Positions 19,020-28,975 of a DNA stretch of 63,515 bases are shown piece after piece; position 1 is the stretch's first letter, and each line of letters begins with the position of its first letter. The stretch is from Pseudobdellovibrionaceae bacterium (GTDB taxonomy: Bacteria; Bdellovibrionota; Bdellovibrionia; Bdellovibrionales; Bdellovibrionaceae). The position numbers and the translations under genes are program-made. The stretch spans positions 1 to 63,515 of the forward strand of contig JBDHWW010000019.1 of NCBI GenBank assembly GCA_039810425.1, given 5' to 3'. Below the pieces are notes generated by a model. That model did no database searches, had not been told where the DNA came from, and worked only from the letters and a program-made list of their open reading frames with translations.

Positions 19020-19900
19020 TCGAAGTCCTTCCAACGGCGGTGCACCCACATCCACTGCTCAGGGTGATTTTTGACGATTTCCTCAATCTTATCATTAAAT
19101 CGCTGGGTCATGGCAAGAGTGCTTGCGTCTTTGTCGTCCGTCACCAGATCTTGGACAGGAATTTCAGGCTCAAAGACCACGTGCATCTTCTTGTCTTCCC
19201 CCTCGTAGGTATAAATCGGGACCACCGGTGCCTTTGTTCGCATTGCAAACAGCGAAAGGCCATAGGCCGTTCCTGTTTTTTTGCCAAAGAATTTTGTCGC
19301 GATCCCGTAGGGCTTCCCCATAAACTGATCGAGAACGAAAATGACGATTTCCTTTCGCTTCAGCGTTTTCAAAATATCAAAACTGGTTTTATCGCCATGG
19401 GCATCGATATAATGCACCCCCTGGGCTCCGCGGAACGAAAACCACAGATCGTTAAAGAAGCGATTTTTAAAAACCTTGGTAATGATCGTGACTGGCTGAC
19501 CCTTCATCACAATCGCGGAAGAGCCCAAATCACCGTTTCCCAGGTGAAGGCTTAGGCCTAAAATACCCTTCCCTTTTTCGAGGGCTTTGTGCAGATTTTC
19601 CTCGCCCTCAAAAACGACAAACTCTTGCAGCCATTTTTGATTCAAATGCGGCACCGTAAAGAACTCAAAAAAACCACGGCCCATATTGTAGACGCTCTCA
19701 CGCCCCACCCGGTTTTTCTTCTCGATGGTCCAATCGGGAAAGGCAATATCAAGGTTGCCGGAAATCACGTCACGACGAACACGAAAGAAATCCACCCAAA
19801 GAAAACCGATGCCCCCGCCGATCCAACGGACGAAAGGCCGCGGCAACAAAAACAGCAAATAGCTTAGGAACTTAATGAAGGACTTGATCAAGAATCTCAT
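19016..19900 (-). CDS. lpxL: Lipid A late acyltransferase (LpxL/HtrB family)
   Basis: H-x4-D (HLGNGD), LDQ, FFG, PEQWMWVHRRWK. Confidence 0.88.
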   Translation of the reverse strand: MRFLIKSFIKFLSYLLFLLPRPFVRWIGGGIGFLWVDFFRVRRDVISGNLDIAFPDWTIEKKNRVGRESVYNMGRGFFEFFTVPHLNQKWLQEFVVFEGEENLHKALEKGKGILGLSLHLGNGDLGSSAIVMKGQPVTIITKVFKNRFFNDLWFSFRGAQGVHYIDAHGDKTSFDILKTLKRKEIVIFVLDQFMGKPYGIATKFFGKKTGTAYGLSLFAMRTKAPVVPIYTYEGEDKKMHVVFEPEIPVQDLVTDDKDASTLAMTQRFNDKIEEIVKNHPEQWMWVHRRWKDFE

Positions 19901-20891
19901 AAAATTCTTCCTCTTGGGACTGAACTTGAACCTCTAAAGGGCTGTACCAGAGCGGCACTTCCTTCGGCCAAAGGGATTTCAATTTCACAAAATCCTTTTC
20001 GGTCGTAATCAAATCCGGCGAATTCAACTCGCGCCAGCGCTTCACAATCATGTCAACGTCTTCGGATTTATACGGATAATGATCGCGGTACTTAAGATGG
20101 CCGGTAAATTGCAGAGAGAACCTCTCAAGACTTTTCTCAAACGATGCCGGCTGGGCAATCCCTGAAACCAGCATGACTTTTCGTCCCTGCAGATCTTTTA
20201 ACTGCTTTTCCTGAGCCCCATGAACGGCTCTGAGACTCCTGAGCTCATAGGTCATCGGCACAATCAGCTTGCCGAAAGGTCGAAGCTTTTCAAGCAACGC
20301 TTCGACTTGCGCTTCCGGCACGAGATTCACTTTCGTCACAACAAAAGCGGTGGCGCGGGCCAAAGCCCCCCAAGGCTCGCGAGCTCGCCCTTCCGGAACG
20401 CAGGAGTAGTTTTCAAGGTTTTCCGTTGCATCTAAAATCACGATATCGACATTACGATGAAGTTTGCGGTGCTGAAATCCATCATCGACCACGATCAAAG
20501 AAGGGTTTAACCTCTCCATCGCAAACAGCGCCGTTTCATACTTCAATGGGCCAACAAAAAAATGAACCTGCGGGTTTCTTTCAGCCAGCAACACCGGTTC
20601 GTCACCGAAATACGCGGCGGCCTGTTCGCGTTTCAAATCCACTTCGGCAGCATCTTTGACTTGCGCCTTGTAGTTGCGGCTGATGACCGCGGTTTTGATC
20701 CGGCGGCTTTGGTAGTATTTCAAACAAAAATCCGTCAGCGGGGTTTTTCCGGTTCCGCCCATAGTCAGATTGCCAAGGCTTAAAACCGGCACCGGCAGCT
20801 TCAACGACTGGAAGTAGTCTTTGTCGTAGAGATAATTCTTAAAACCGACAATTCTCTTATATAAATTGCCTAATGGTTTTAGGCTGCTCAT
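19872..20891 (-). CDS. lpxK: Tetraacyldisaccharide 4'-kinase
   Basis: GNLTMGGTGKTP, GDEP, DDGFQH, TTEKD. Confidence 0.94.
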   Translation of the reverse strand: MSSLKPLGNLYKRIVGFKNYLYDKDYFQSLKLPVPVLSLGNLTMGGTGKTPLTDFCLKYYQSRRIKTAVISRNYKAQVKDAAEVDLKREQAAAYFGDEPVLLAERNPQVHFFVGPLKYETALFAMERLNPSLIVVDDGFQHRKLHRNVDIVILDATENLENYSCVPEGRAREPWGALARATAFVVTKVNLVPEAQVEALLEKLRPFGKLIVPMTYELRSLRAVHGAQEKQLKDLQGRKVMLVSGIAQPASFEKSLERFSLQFTGHLKYRDHYPYKSEDVDMIVKRWRELNSPDLITTEKDFVKLKSLWPKEVPLWYSPLEVQVQSQEEEFYEILDQVLH

Positions 20892-22036
20892 GACTGAAAG
20901 AACTCCTCGAGAGAAGCCGCCACACGCTGGGTCGCGCCCTTATCACCCAGATATTGCCGAAGCTCACCCAACTCGTTACGAATTCTCTGCGTGTAGGCGG
21001 GATCTTGAAGGTACTGATCCATCAATTCAAATAAAGTATCGGGATTTGCGCCGCTCTGCCACCGCTCAGGACAAACTTCACGGCCTAGTATCAAATTCAC
21101 GAGACCAAAAAACTTCACGCCACGGATGAAAAGTTTTGCAAAAATCCCGGTCATGGCCTTCATTTTATACATGATCACCATCGGCTTTTGCAGCAGGCCC
21201 ACCATCAAAGTCGCGGTTCCTGAGGCCACGAGCATGTAATCCACAAGGTGAATCATGCGGGCCGGGTCGTCCTTCATTACAATGTACGGCAGGCGAAAAT
21301 TTTCAAGATATGGCTCAAGCTTTTCCTTATCAAAAGTCGGCGCGACCAGAATCAAAACTTTGACGTTTTGATATTTCTTGGATAGGCGGCGGGCGACTTC
21401 AAGCTGGATTTCAAAATGCTGCTTGAGTTCCAGATTGCGGCTGCCGGGCATCAGGCCCACGACAATTTCGTCGTCACGGATCCCGCACTGGTTGCGATGG
21501 GTTTTTCGGTAGTGCGGATCATAGAGACGCTCATCAAGCTCGTCCAGAATGGGATGTCCGACGAATTCACATGGAACATCGTGCTCTTTATAAAACGCCA
21601 CTTCAAATGGAAAGAGCACGAATACTTTTTTGCAATACTTTTTAATGGTTTTAACCCGGCCTTTACGCCAAGCCCACACCTGCGGGGAAATATAATAAAC
21701 CACCGGGATGCCCAACGCATGCATTTTTTTAGACAGCATAAGATTGAATTCCGGATAATCCATTACGATAACGACCTTGGGCCTGCGAGCCGCAGCCGCC
21801 GCAACAAGGTCATCAAAAACTTTTTTAAGACGGCTGTAGGCACTAATGATTTCCGCCGCACCAACGACGGCCATTTCTTCGGCCTTACCGATGCGCTCAA
21901 AACCAAGGGCCTCCATCTCGCGGCTGCCTACGCCAAAAGCTTTGATTTCTTTTCCTTGTTTTTGCCAATACTCGAGCAAACGCTGAGCATAGGTCACGCT
22001 CGACGCTTCGGCGGCGACGATCATGACCTCATTCAT
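20888..22036 (-). CDS. lpxB: Lipid-A-disaccharide synthase
   Basis: DYPEFN, YYISPQVWAWR, FPFE, FVGHP, PGSR, SGTATL. Confidence 0.95.
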   Translation of the reverse strand: MNEVMIVAAEASSVTYAQRLLEYWQKQGKEIKAFGVGSREMEALGFERIGKAEEMAVVGAAEIISAYSRLKKVFDDLVAAAAARRPKVVIVMDYPEFNLMLSKKMHALGIPVVYYISPQVWAWRKGRVKTIKKYCKKVFVLFPFEVAFYKEHDVPCEFVGHPILDELDERLYDPHYRKTHRNQCGIRDDEIVVGLMPGSRNLELKQHFEIQLEVARRLSKKYQNVKVLILVAPTFDKEKLEPYLENFRLPYIVMKDDPARMIHLVDYMLVASGTATLMVGLLQKPMVIMYKMKAMTGIFAKLFIRGVKFFGLVNLILGREVCPERWQSGANPDTLFELMDQYLQDPAYTQRIRNELGELRQYLGDKGATQRVAASLEEFFQS

Positions 22037-22959
22037 AATTTGGCCTCAATCGCGGTTTTAATATTTTCAATTGCCTGCAGCGATTTCAAACCGTCGAGAC
22101 CTGTGACTGCCGTGGATTTGTTGTTCATCACCGCATCAATGAAGGCGTCCGTCTCTTTTTGAAGAGCGTCTTCTTTCGTCACCGTCCATTGGGTGATCTT
22201 CACGGGAGTGTCACCACCGCCCGCCTCGCACTTTTCCATCTCCATGCTGCCGGTGTTGGCCAAAAGAATACTGTTCTTCTGAGTGACACGGATCCAGCGC
22301 TGCATGCTCGCGGAAACTCGGCTCACATTGATATCAACGAGAATGCCGTTTTTCATTTTCACCGCCACTTGCGCCGTGTCCAATTCTTTTGAAATCAATT
22401 TAGAACCCGAGGCGATGTAAGATTCAATTTCGCTTCCCGTAAGCCAGAACAAAAGATCCATGTCGTGGATCATGAGATCATGCAAAACACTCACATCCGC
22501 GCCGCGCGCTTTATACGTCGCCAACCGCGTGAGTTCGACGGTTTTCGTCTCTTGCAGATGTTTTTTAAGCTCAAGAATTGCCGGGTTGAATCTTTCGATA
22601 TGACCCACAGCGAGTTTGAGATTTTTTTGTTGAGCCAAATTCACAAGCTCTTCCGCCTGGGGAATGGTTGCCGTGATCGGCTTTTCAACATTCACATGAA
22701 TGCCATTTTGCAAGAAGAGCTTCGCGAGCTCATAGTGCGACTGTGTACTGGCCGCAATCGTTACCAAGTCTACTTGCCCAATCAGGTCTTGAGCCTTGTG
22801 GATCGCCGCGACGCCTAATTCAGCTGCGACTTTATCAGCTTGCGCCGGGGAAAAATCACAAACCCCCACCAATTGAGCGTTAGAGTTTTTAGTATATTTT
22901 TGGGCGTGAAATGTCCCGAGGTACCCAACCCCAACGACGGCCGCGCGAAGCTTACTCAT
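22033..22959 (-). CDS. gnnA: Gfo/Idh/MocA oxidoreductase, probable UDP-GlcNAc 3-dehydrogenase GnnA
   Basis: GVGYLG, VEKP, GHIERFNP, DLMIHD; translationally coupled between lpxA and lpxB. Confidence 0.72.
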   Translation of the reverse strand: MSKLRAAVVGVGYLGTFHAQKYTKNSNAQLVGVCDFSPAQADKVAAELGVAAIHKAQDLIGQVDLVTIAASTQSHYELAKLFLQNGIHVNVEKPITATIPQAEELVNLAQQKNLKLAVGHIERFNPAILELKKHLQETKTVELTRLATYKARGADVSVLHDLMIHDMDLLFWLTGSEIESYIASGSKLISKELDTAQVAVKMKNGILVDINVSRVSASMQRWIRVTQKNSILLANTGSMEMEKCEAGGGDTPVKITQWTVTKEDALQKETDAFIDAVMNNKSTAVTGLDGLKSLQAIENIKTAIEAKL

Positions 22960-23776
22960 CTGAAACCTCTTTAGGGCCTTGGCCGCGAGAAATCGCGATG
23001 CCTTTTTTCGAGCTCTTGATAAAGTGAATAAAGTGCTCGAGGTTTTCGCTCATTTGGCACTCCGTACGGATGCGCTCGATGTTTTCATCAATCGTGCCCG
23101 TGCCCATCACCATAATGCGAACCGCTTTATGGATGTTATTGACTTCTTCACGGCCTGAACCGCGACGAATGAGACCGATTTTATTTGTCGCGCGCACCAC
23201 CGCCCAATGGCCTTCGGCCCGAACAAAAGGAGGAATGTCTTTATTGATCACAGAACCGCCGCCGATGAACGCACCACGCCCAACCCGCGTAAACTGACTC
23301 AGACCACACATGGCACTAATCACAACATTGTCTTCAATTTCGCAGTGACCGGCAAGGCCCGTGTTGTTAGCCATGATCACGTTATTACCGAGCTTGCAGT
23401 CATGACCGACGTGAGCATAAGCCATGATGTAACAGTTATTGCCAATGATGGTTTTCTTTTCACCCTTGGATGTCGGTAAATTGACCGTCGAGAACTCCCG
23501 GAAGGTATTGTTGTTGCCCACCACCAATGTGGTTTGCTCACCTTTGTATGAAATATCTTGAGGGGGGCCGCCGATCACGGCTCCCGGAGAAAAATGATTA
23601 TTTTCTCCAATAAGAATCTCTCCATGTTTGTAACCCAAGGTGACATGGCCTTCCACGAAAGTTCCTTTTCCGATTTTCCCCTTACCCTGGATCAGGCAAT
23701 AGGGACCAATTTCAACATCTGGACCAATTTCAATATCGGGTGAAACCACGCTCGTAGGATGGATTTTCACGGTCAC
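22952..23776 (-). CDS. lpxA: UDP-GlcNAc(3N) acyltransferase LpxA
   Basis: Hexapeptide repeats, PQDISY, MAYAHVGHDC catalytic His, KDIPP. Confidence 0.93.
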   Translation of the reverse strand: MTVKIHPTSVVSPDIEIGPDVEIGPYCLIQGKGKIGKGTFVEGHVTLGYKHGEILIGENNHFSPGAVIGGPPQDISYKGEQTTLVVGNNNTFREFSTVNLPTSKGEKKTIIGNNCYIMAYAHVGHDCKLGNNVIMANNTGLAGHCEIEDNVVISAMCGLSQFTRVGRGAFIGGGSVINKDIPPFVRAEGHWAVVRATNKIGLIRRGSGREEVNNIHKAVRIMVMGTGTIDENIERIRTECQMSENLEHFIHFIKSSKKGIAISRGQGPKEVSDE

Positions 23777-23844
23777 TCCTCTGTTTTTTCAGTTCTTCAG
23801 TTTCTTTCAGATTTTGTTAGATTCTTGCAAATCTAGTTTGTTCA

Positions 23845-23875
23845 TAAAAGTGAGCCGGCGCCTTGTGAGCGCCGG
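23845..23875 (-). terminator. Hairpin downstream of skp (possible terminator or attenuator)
   Basis: CCGGCGC-7 nt-GCGCCGG stem followed on the minus strand by CTCACTTTT. Confidence 0.45.
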
Positions 23876-23883
23876 TATTCAAA

Positions 23884-24390
23884 CTATTTTTCTTTTTCGT
23901 AAGCTTTGACCACTTCATCAGTCAAATCTGAGTCCGCGGTTGCGAACAACACCATTTGACTGTTCTCAAGGATCATTGAATAGCCTTTTTCTTTAGCTAA
24001 TTTCTCGATTGTTTTCTTCATTTTTTCCAAGATAGGAGCGGTCAAATCACGCTCTTTCTTTTGGATTTCAAGCTGGCTCTTACCGACAACATCACGGTAC
24101 TTCATCATTTCTTCTTGAAATTCGGCTTGTTTCTTGCTCAAAACCTCTTCAGACAAAACTGATTTTTTTCTTTCAAGGTCTTCACCCATTTTTTTCAAAT
24201 CAGCTTCTTTTTTCTCAAGTTCCTTTTTCTTTTTATTAAATTCACCTTCAAGTTCAGTCTTCGCCTTTTTGCCGGCGGCTGTACTTTGAATAGCTTTTTG
24301 CATATCTACAACACCGATTTTCGCTTCCGCTGCATGCACGAGGCTTGCTGCCATCACCAAACTTGCGATCAATCCGACTTGTTTCTTCAT
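23884..24390 (-). CDS. skp: Periplasmic chaperone Skp/OmpH
   Basis: Signal peptide, KIGVVDMQKA, coiled coil, DLTDEVVK; downstream of bamA. Confidence 0.92.
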   Translation of the reverse strand: MKKQVGLIASLVMAASLVHAAEAKIGVVDMQKAIQSTAAGKKAKTELEGEFNKKKKELEKKEADLKKMGEDLERKKSVLSEEVLSKKQAEFQEEMMKYRDVVGKSQLEIQKKERDLTAPILEKMKKTIEKLAKEKGYSMILENSQMVLFATADSDLTDEVVKAYEKEK

Positions 24391-24477
24391 TATTCCTCCA
24401 AAATCCTTGTTGTTAAAAAACTTTTCCCTAAGCTTGTAAAATTTAAACCAACGCCCTCAGGCCCCTGCTCCTCGGCC

Positions 24478-26949
24478 CTAGAATGGCGTACCGATCGAGA
24501 AGTCGAAAATCATCGTGTCCTTATGATATACAGGGTCACGGTTCAATGGGAAGCCCCATTCAAAGCGAAGTGGCCCGATGGGCGAGAACCAACGAATCCC
24601 GAAGCCCACATCAGCAAAGAAGCGATCGCTGGATAGCGTATTCTCGGCTTGACCGATATCGTAAAACACCACACCCATAATCTTAGCTTCGTTGATCAAT
24701 GGGAACTGCAACTCTGTTTGGTACATCAATTGTTGTTGGCCGCCGTAGAAAACCATGGCTTGTTCCGCGGCTTGCTCCGGAGTCATGCCCTTGGCAATAT
24801 TATCGTTGTATGCTTTGTTTGAATAGACCTGCTTACCCACCGTGTACGGGCGATAGCCGCGCAAAGAGTAAGGACCACCTAAAAGATACAATTGATTGAA
24901 CGGTGGATTCTTCGAAGTATCCAAGCTCTCGATTTTCCCGTAACTGAGGGAGTTCCTCCAAACCACATCCCAAAAGATGTTCTGGAAGTAACGGAAAATA
25001 CCCGTGCCTTTTTGGTATTTCAAATCGCCACCAATGCCCGCGTACTCATAAGAGACGCTTGTCAAGATTCCCTTACTCGTCATGAAGCGGTCATTCCGAG
25101 TATCATACTGCAATGTTGTCGTCAGAGAGCTGGTGTAACCATTTGCCGTTTCCAATGGGAAGACATCCGGATCGGTTTGAGAAACACCGTTGATATCCAC
25201 TTCGCGAAGCTTGGTCTTATCCAACTTATAACGAAGGATCCCCCGCCACCACTCACCGAGTGGATGCCCCATGCTGACAGCGCCACCCGTTCTGAATTCA
25301 TCGTACGTGGTACGGCCCGTATCAGAACTTTGATAGAGCTCGCCCCCTAGGGACCACAAGCTGTCGCGGAAATAAGGTTCCGTGAACGTGAAGTTGTAGT
25401 AGCTGCCGGTATTAGAAATATTCAACGACGCCCCAAGATTTTGACCTTTGCCGAGAAAATTCGTCTGGTTTACCGAACCCTGCAAAGTAAAGCCCGTCAC
25501 CGTTCCATAACCCGCACCCAACTGGATCTGACCGGTGTTACGCTCTTTCACCATGATATCCATGTTGAGGATGTCCGGTTTATCCGGAGAGGTTGAAGTC
25601 TTGAAATTCACTTCATCAAAGAAGCCCAAACGCTGCACGTTCTCAAGAGACTGGCGACGGCGGGTTTCATTGTAGAGTTCGCCCTCACGAATTTTCAATT
25701 CACGGCGAACGACTTTATCACGCGTTTTCGTATTCCCGATCACATTGATTTGGCCGAGATAAACTTTATTGCCCTTGTCAAATTCAAAGAGCAAATCCAC
25801 TTTGAGATCTTTGTCATTGATCCGAGTGCGCGGAATAACGTTGGCAAACGCATAGCCCAAATCACCGTATTTCGCCTGAAGATCGCTCAAGTCTTTGTAC
25901 AAAACATCGTAGGCAAATATCTTACCCGGAGTGAGTTTGATCACTTCAAAAAGTTCATCTTTCGCAAAAAGAACGTCGCCGCCGAAGTCGATTTCACCAA
26001 CCGTGTACTGCTCGCCCTCTTCCACGCGCATGGTGATGTAGATGCTCTTCTTGTCCGGAGTCACATACACTTGCGGACGGTCGATCTTTGCCTGGATATA
26101 ACCTTGATTGTAGTAGACGTAGCGCAGCGCTTGGGTATCGCGATCAAAAGCTTCTTGCTTGTACGAGCCGGAACCACTGATGAAAGAGAAATAGCCGCCC
26201 TCTTTGGTAATCATATTCCCCTTGAGCGTGCTTTCCGAAAGCTTCTTTGCACCGAGGATTGTGATCTTCTTAACTTTTACTTTGTCGTTCTCTTTGATTT
26301 TGAAAATAACGCGGACAGTTTCGTCCTTTTTCACATCTTCAACCACGGGGTCAATCTTTGCCAGAAAGAAGCCCTTGTCTTCGTAAAGCTTCTGGATTTT
26401 CTCCGTTGCTTCTTTGATCTTACTCATGTTGAGAATTTCGTAGGCCTTAATCCCGGCGCTTTCAGCAAGGTCGTCGCTCTTTACTTCGGAGTTGCCTTCG
26501 TACACGATCTCGACAATCGAAGGCTTCTCGGTCACCCGATAAGTCAAATTCACATCGCTGCCGGTGATTTGGCGGTCGACTTCGACATTCACGAAGTAGC
26601 CGCTCTTGAACAAGGCTTTAACGTCTTCGCGGAGCTTGTCGTCTGAATAGGTTTCACCAGACTTACTGACAATACGGTTCAGAATTGCATCTTTCTCAAG
26701 CTTTCTCATGCCCGCAACGTCGATGTTTTTGATCATCAACTCGCGCGTAAGAGGGGCGGGGGTTTTCGCAATGTCATTGGTCTTTTTCGTAGATTTTGTC
26801 GCCGCGACCTTGGCCCGCGTTTTCTTAACCACAGCCGGCTTTGCCTGCGCCCAAGCAAGCTGTGAGCTCAATAGAATCAACGGCAGAACGCGGAGTGTTT
26901 GTTGAAGCTGAAATCGACGCTGACCTCTATGCTGGGATTGTGATCGCAA
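24478..26949 (-). CDS. bamA: Outer membrane protein assembly factor BamA
   Basis: POTRA repeats (GNTKTRDKVVRRE), LRGY, SPIGPLRFEWG, terminal Phe. Confidence 0.96.
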   Translation of the reverse strand: MRSQSQHRGQRRFQLQQTLRVLPLILLSSQLAWAQAKPAVVKKTRAKVAATKSTKKTNDIAKTPAPLTRELMIKNIDVAGMRKLEKDAILNRIVSKSGETYSDDKLREDVKALFKSGYFVNVEVDRQITGSDVNLTYRVTEKPSIVEIVYEGNSEVKSDDLAESAGIKAYEILNMSKIKEATEKIQKLYEDKGFFLAKIDPVVEDVKKDETVRVIFKIKENDKVKVKKITILGAKKLSESTLKGNMITKEGGYFSFISGSGSYKQEAFDRDTQALRYVYYNQGYIQAKIDRPQVYVTPDKKSIYITMRVEEGEQYTVGEIDFGGDVLFAKDELFEVIKLTPGKIFAYDVLYKDLSDLQAKYGDLGYAFANVIPRTRINDKDLKVDLLFEFDKGNKVYLGQINVIGNTKTRDKVVRRELKIREGELYNETRRRQSLENVQRLGFFDEVNFKTSTSPDKPDILNMDIMVKERNTGQIQLGAGYGTVTGFTLQGSVNQTNFLGKGQNLGASLNISNTGSYYNFTFTEPYFRDSLWSLGGELYQSSDTGRTTYDEFRTGGAVSMGHPLGEWWRGILRYKLDKTKLREVDINGVSQTDPDVFPLETANGYTSSLTTTLQYDTRNDRFMTSKGILTSVSYEYAGIGGDLKYQKGTGIFRYFQNIFWDVVWRNSLSYGKIESLDTSKNPPFNQLYLLGGPYSLRGYRPYTVGKQVYSNKAYNDNIAKGMTPEQAAEQAMVFYGGQQQLMYQTELQFPLINEAKIMGVVFYDIGQAENTLSSDRFFADVGFGIRWFSPIGPLRFEWGFPLNRDPVYHKDTMIFDFSIGTPF

Positions 26950-27019
26950 AGTTCTTTTCCTTCACCTTGAGGCTTCAAAATTCTTTAGAAATTTTGAATA
27001 CTTACAAAAATAATGAGAA

Positions 27020-27048
27020 AGCGTAGCCCAAGACCTAGGTCTTGTCAA
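27020..27048 (-). promoter_or_regulatory. Putative sigma70 promoter for bamA containing a perfect 16-bp palindrome
   Basis: Minus strand TTGACA-17 nt-TACGCT; CAAGACCTAGGTCTTG at 27029-27044. Confidence 0.6.
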
Positions 27049-27051
27049 ACA

Positions 27052-27753
27052 TTAGAGCCATTGCCCATCTTTCATGCGCAGGATTTTGGGGAATTTTTGT
27101 GCAAAAGTAAGATCATGGGTGACCACAACAAGGGCCAACCCCAGACGCTCCTTGAGTTCAAAAAATAGATCTTGAATTCGCTGACTGTTCTGCATGTCCA
27201 AATTCCCTGTCGGCTCATCGGCGAACAAAACTTTTGGCCGACGAACCAACGCACGTGCAATAGCGACACGCTGCAATTCCCCACCGGAGAGCTGTGACGG
27301 ATAGTGCTCAATCCTTGGACCAAGACCCATTTGATAAAGTAATTCAGTAGCTTTGCCTTTAGCGTCACGGACGGACTCACCGGCGATACGGCACGGGATC
27401 ATGACATTCTCAAGGGCTGTGAACTCTGCAAGCAGATGATGGAACTGAAATACAAAACCCATCTTTTCATTGCGAAAAAGTGCCAGTTCCTCATCACCCA
27501 TCTCAAGAAGATTGTGATCATGGAAATAAAGTTGCCCGCTTTGTGGGCGGTCGAGCGTTCCTAAAATTTGCAAAAACGTGCTCTTCCCCGCCCCCGAAGA
27601 ACCTAAAATGCAAATGGCTTCTCCGTCTTGAATGTCTAAAGACAGACCTCGAAGGATTTGCAACTCTCCGCCATCCCCTTGCGGGTAAGACTTCACAATG
27701 GAATCTGCGCGAATCAGCGCGGGAGTGGTTGTCAGAGAGCCAGGGTTAACCAT
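27052..27753 (-). CDS. lolD: Lipoprotein-releasing ABC ATPase LolD
   Basis: [34 protein letters not shown]. Confidence 0.92.
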   Translation of the reverse strand: MVNPGSLTTTPALIRADSIVKSYPQGDGGELQILRGLSLDIQDGEAICILGSSGAGKSTFLQILGTLDRPQSGQLYFHDHNLLEMGDEELALFRNEKMGFVFQFHHLLAEFTALENVMIPCRIAGESVRDAKGKATELLYQMGLGPRIEHYPSQLSGGELQRVAIARALVRRPKVLFADEPTGNLDMQNSQRIQDLFFELKERLGLALVVVTHDLTFAQKFPKILRMKDGQWL

Positions 27754-28975
27754 ATTTTAATCCTTCCACGGGATTGAGTTTCGAACCCCTCAATGCCGGG
27801 GCCAATGTTGCAACAAAACAAATCACCATCGTCGCAACCGCGATGAAAAGCCAATCGATGAAGCGCACTTCCACTTGAATTGAATCAATGCGATAGACCG
27901 AGCCGGAAAGCAGGCCCAGCGAGTTTTGAATCACGGTAAAACCAAGACACAAAATCAAACCGAACAAGGTGCCCAGCCCCAACCCCACACCACCCATGAG
28001 AAGCCCCTGCACGCTGAATATTTTTAAAATGCTCTTCTGCGGAAGCCCCAGCGCTTTCAAAATCGCGATGTCGGCATAGCGCTGAACCACGTTCACCAAA
28101 AGCGTGCTTGAAACGTTAAAGGCCGCCACCACGACAATGATCAGCACGACGAAGAAAATCACCACGCGCTCAATTTTCACGGCTTCAAAGAGATTCTCAT
28201 TTAAATCGCGCCAATCACTGACCCAATAGTTCGGACCCAGAGTTTGGCTGATGTTAAAGGCCGCCGTGCGCGCATAGTTGATATCTTGAAACTTTAAAAG
28301 CAAACCACTGTAACGATCGCCAACCTGCACAAGCTGCTGAGCCGCGGCCAGGGGCGAAATAATCATGCGCTCATTCCACTCAGTTTTTCCCATATCCAAA
28401 ATGCCGCGCACTTGAAACTCGGCAATGCGACGCTGAAAACGCCCTGGATCAATCGGATCCGGAATCGGCATCACCACGCGGAAAACATCTCCGATTTTCA
28501 GCCCCACCCGCTGAGCAATCCGCTTACCGATGAGCACCGGGGTTTTACCTGAGCCATCCGTTTTTAAATCGAGCTGCCCATCCATAAGACGTGAAGAAAA
28601 ATTCAGTACACTCGACGCTCGCTCTTCATCGATCCCCTGGATCATCACCCCCTGGATCACTCCCTGATGCGCCAGCACCGCTTCCGTTCTTAGAAAACGC
28701 ACTGAAGAAACAAGTGTCGGTTCTAATTTGCGAATTTTAGCTTCGAGTTCTTGCCATGGTTCTTGGAAGGTGGTGCGTTTAACCAGTTGCACGTGCCCCG
28801 TGACGTCGGCCATCGCCGAGCGCAAAGTGGACTCAAAGCCGCTCATCACCGCCATCGAAGCTACCAACGCACCGACGCCGAGAATAAGCCCCACCAACGA
28901 CAGCACCGCTGAGCCTCCGAACAGAGTGCGTTTTGAAAACAGCAGGCGGTAAGCAATCCACGCAAGTTGCTTCAC
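27746..28975 (-). CDS. lolC: Lipoprotein-releasing ABC permease LolC/E
   Basis: [37 protein letters not shown]. Confidence 0.9.
   Translation of the reverse strand: MKQLAWIAYRLLFSKRTLFGGSAVLSLVGLILGVGALVASMAVMSGFESTLRSAMADVTGHVQLVKRTTFQEPWQELEAKIRKLEPTLVSSVRFLRTEAVLAHQGVIQGVMIQGIDEERASSVLNFSSRLMDGQLDLKTDGSGKTPVLIGKRIAQRVGLKIGDVFRVVMPIPDPIDPGRFQRRIAEFQVRGILDMGKTEWNERMIISPLAAAQQLVQVGDRYSGLLLKFQDINYARTAAFNISQTLGPNYWVSDWRDLNENLFEAVKIERVVIFFVVLIIVVVAAFNVSSTLLVNVVQRYADIAILKALGLPQKSILKIFSVQGLLMGGVGLGLGTLFGLILCLGFTVIQNSLGLLSGSVYRIDSIQVEVRFIDWLFIAVATMVICFVATLAPALRGSKLNPVEGLKYG

Noticed and set aside
25750..26646. Long antisense ORFs (also 21416..22162, 29095..29919, 34120..34914, 56858..57595 and others)
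   Set aside because: They lie opposite well-conserved genes; typical codon-bias shadows with no protein-like motifs.
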